Source: Candidatus Bathyarchaeota archaeon (GTDB lineage: Archaea > Thermoproteota > Bathyarchaeia > Bathyarchaeales > Bathycorpusculaceae). Taken from it: 64,000 bases of DNA. Below are positions 58,234 to 64,000 of this stretch, in pieces. Below the pieces are notes generated by a model. The model was not told the origin of the DNA and ran no database searches. It saw nothing but the letters and a program-made list of their open reading frames with translations. The DNA is taken from the NCBI GenBank assembly GCA_963775465.1, contig CAVZIW010000004.1, positions 128,040-192,039 on the forward strand, given 5' to 3'. The translations under genes were made by a program, and so were the position numbers. Numbering within the stretch: position 1 is the first letter of the stretch; each line of letters begins with the position of its first letter.

Positions 58234-59316
58234 CTAAAACAAAGTCTTCTGCTTCTCAAAAGAAACAAAACCAGAAACCCTAACACCCACAAGCCTCACC
58301 TTACGCGAAGACAACAAAAAAGGCAAAACAAGATCCATTGCAACCTTCTTCAAATCCTCCAAACGACTAGTAAAACGAGGCAACGTTACACTTCTTGTAT
58401 GGGTCTCAAAACCCCGATAACGAATCTTAACGGCTACGTTCTTGAACAACAGGTGCTGAATATTGATTTCTTTCGAAACATCCTCACAGAGCCCACCCAA
58501 AGCCTGAAGAACGATGCCAGAATCTGCAGTGTCTTCTTCGAACGTAATTTCATGACTTACACTCTTAACACCCACACGTTCATCAACTTCACTTCGATCA
58601 AGACCTTTTGCCATCAAATACATCTGCAAACCCATCACCCCAAACATAGAGCTCAATGCCGCAGGATCAAAACGCGCTAAGTCGCCAACAGTGTTTACAC
58701 CCAAAGCTTTGAGTTTAGCTTCAGTTTTTCGTCCAACCCACAACAATTTGCGCACAGGCAAAGGATCAAGAAAATCTACCACACACTCATCTCTAACCAC
58801 CGTTAAACCATCAGGCTTCTGAAAATCACTAGCCACTTTAGCAACAAGCTTATTGGAACCTACACCACTTGAGGCAGTTAGACATTCTTTTTCTTTTATT
58901 TCAAGCTTAATCTGCCGAGCCAACATTTCAGCTTCAACCCAATCCCTCACCCTGCCCGTGACATCCAAAAAAGCCTCATCAATGCCCCACTGCTCAAACT
59001 TTACCGCAAACTTACATGCTATGGCCATGATTTCACCCGTAACTTTCCCATACAATGGAAAATTAGGTCTCAAATACACCGCTTCTGGACACAAACTCCA
59101 CGCTTTAGAAATCGGCATTCCAGAAAACACACCAACCGCTCGAGCTTCATAATTGCTGGTGCTAACTACACCTCTACCCTTGCCTTCTTTGGGATCAGAA
59201 CCAACAATAACCGGGCATCCTCTAATTTCAGGGCGTTCCCGCTCCTCAACAGCAGTATAGAAATGATCCATATCTAAAAGAAAAATAAAACGCTTTTTCC
59301 CAGTCATACAAATCAA
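58234..59316 (-). CDS. dinB: Y-family DNA polymerase IV (DinB/Dpo4)
   Basis: DMDHFYTAVE, STSNYEAR, GIDEAFLD, AKVASDFQKPDG, VRLVGVRV. Confidence 0.96.
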   Translation of the reverse strand: MICMTGKKRFIFLLDMDHFYTAVEERERPEIRGCPVIVGSDPKEGKGRGVVSTSNYEARAVGVFSGMPISKAWSLCPEAVYLRPNFPLYGKVTGEIMAIACKFAVKFEQWGIDEAFLDVTGRVRDWVEAEMLARQIKLEIKEKECLTASSGVGSNKLVAKVASDFQKPDGLTVVRDECVVDFLDPLPVRKLLWVGRKTEAKLKALGVNTVGDLARFDPAALSSMFGVMGLQMYLMAKGLDRSEVDERVGVKSVSHEITFEEDTADSGIVLQALGGLCEDVSKEINIQHLLFKNVAVKIRYRGFETHTRSVTLPRFTSRLEDLKKVAMDLVLPFLLSSRKVRLVGVRVSGFVSFEKQKTLF

Positions 59317-59884
59317 AATACAAATACTTATTTGAAAATTTACCGCTCAAGGTAATCTTACGCACTTGCGTTTCTGACAAGCCGCATCAAATTGCAGATA
59401 ACAAAAATTAACTAAAGCCTACAAATAGCGCGATGGCATTATCCACTATGCTTTTCTTTTTGACCTCTTTTCAGATCCCTTGGCAAAAGCTTCCTCAACA
59501 ACCTGCTCAACAAGATCCAAACCCACAAAGCTGTTAACAATAGGAAAATCTAAACTACTGACTCCAAGATACTGCTTGCTCTTCATTTTGCCTCAGAAAT
59601 ACGTGCTCCAAAACCATAGATAGACTTTATGAAGCCACAATTCAGTAAAAAATCTTTAGCAAACAGAAAAATCCCAATAGCAAAATAATAATTCCAATTA
59701 CCCCAAAAACAATACAACACAAAAACAAACCACCAATAACCCAACAAAAACAAAGTTACTCACAAACTAACAACAAAACAAACAATCAAAAAAAGTAACC
59801 CACGCACAGACCAACATACCGCAAACGCTCACACCGTCGAAACATGCGTCTCAGCCAAATATCGCTCAGACACTACATTGACTC

Positions 59885-62905
<3,021 letters not shown>

Positions 62906-63475
62906 TTCGGGCCAATGGTAGTGTCTGTTTGGCGTTTGGTGAAACACATGTTTCAAATTTTGTAGTGTATTGGCGTCGTTGTATATGTTGATCCTGTGCA
63001 TGGTGTCATTTTAAGCGCCAGTGCGCCCATTCACCGCTTCACTCCTCATCGTGTTATGGTGTGGAGTTGCATCTATTTTTTATTATTACTAACCCATTTC
63101 TGGGATTGCATAAGAAGCAGACTCGGCGAATATAAGTCTTACGTTGAGGTTTTCTCGTGTTGATTGACATGGATTTGATGCGTCAGCTGTTGCTTCCCCC
63201 ACAAATTTTGCCCCTACAACATAATTTTTGATGTTAAGGTTCAAATGTTAGGGATTATAAAGAAGGGTTTATGAATAATATAAGACTGTTGACATAATTG
63301 GAACAATGGTGTAGTTTTTTGTTGTAAATGAATCGTGGAGAAAAGTAAAAAGATGCTTTGCCGTGTTTACTTGTGCGGCGTTTAGCTAGAGTTTTTTTGT
63401 GGTGTTGAGGTTAGGGTTTTTCTGTTATGCTTATATTTACCGTTTACAGTTATTGGTTTTTAGGAGACTTAAATT

Positions 63476-63739
63476 ATGCCCGCTATTGAAATTGGACGGT
63501 TATGCGTTAAACAAGCTGGTCGAGAATGCTGTCACAAATGTGTCATCATCGACGTTATGGACAAGAGTTTTGTCTTAATTACGGGACCAAAAAAATTAAC
63601 AGGTGTAAAACGTCGCAGAGTGAACATTAATCACCTGATGCCATTAGAAGAGAAAGTTGAAATTAAACGTGGAGCCAGCGACGAAGAAGTTGCCAAAGCC
63701 CTAGAAGAGCAAGGCAAACTTGACCTCGTAAAAGAGTAA
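63476..63739 (+). CDS. rpl14e: 50S ribosomal protein L14e
   Basis: MPAIEIGRLCVKQAGRE...GVKRRRVNINHL. Confidence 0.95.
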   Translation: MPAIEIGRLCVKQAGRECCHKCVIIDVMDKSFVLITGPKKLTGVKRRRVNINHLMPLEEKVEIKRGASDEEVAKALEEQGKLDLVKE

Positions 63740-63800
63740 ATCCCGTTTTAAGGTTTAATTACTTAAACATCTTTTTCTTATTTTATCTGGAGATTAGACT

Positions 63801-64000
63801 TTTGCCACGTACTTTGCCACCTTGGGAAACTAAGAGGGATTTGTTGATTAAAGCTGAAGACTACACTGATCCTAAGTACGGATGCAGACCTTCTGAACGT
63901 ACCGCGAAAGAGTTGATCCGATTTGGGACGATTAATTTGGATAAGCCTGCTGGACCGACAAGTCATGAGGTTGCTGCTTGGGTTAAGCGGATTATGAAGT
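63801..64000 (+). CDS. cbf5: H/ACA pseudouridine synthase Cbf5 (5' part; runs off the window)
   Basis: Hand-translated from TTG 63801: ...TDPKYGCRPSER...INLDKPAGPTSHEVAAWVKRIM. Confidence 0.93.

Overview
Archaeal chromosomal segment, most consistent with Bathyarchaeia (TACK). Markers are the proteasome beta subunit, aCPSF1, L14e, Cbf5, an archaeal 23S with a bulge-helix-bulge (BHB) processing stem, a tRNA with a D-arm intron, and expanded TrmB regulators and PQQ-like beta-propeller surface proteins. From left to right it carries: a complete NHEJ gene set (ligase-phosphoesterase fusion, Ku, LigD polymerase); a glucosylglycerate/mannosylglycerate-type compatible-solute cluster; TrmB regulators; an intron-containing tRNA-Leu; larE-larC/larB; a DEAD-box helicase; an accessory region around tRNA-Arg with two large beta-propeller paralogs flanking a multi-pass membrane protein plus wHTH pair; a serine-biosynthesis operon; sepF, aCPSF1, psmB, queT-queC and dinB; a stand-alone 23S rRNA gene; and rpl14e-cbf5. 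The best novelty candidate is a GC-rich, RBS-sequestering pseudoknot with an alternative fold in the queT-queC leader, a possible archaeal preQ0/preQ1-type riboswitch. Other candidates are the NHEJ locus, a putative small RNA with its own promoter, a shared ~45-bp promoter-proximal operator array, and tRNA-associated integration scars. All calls come from reading the sequence by eye; no searches or folding programs were run.
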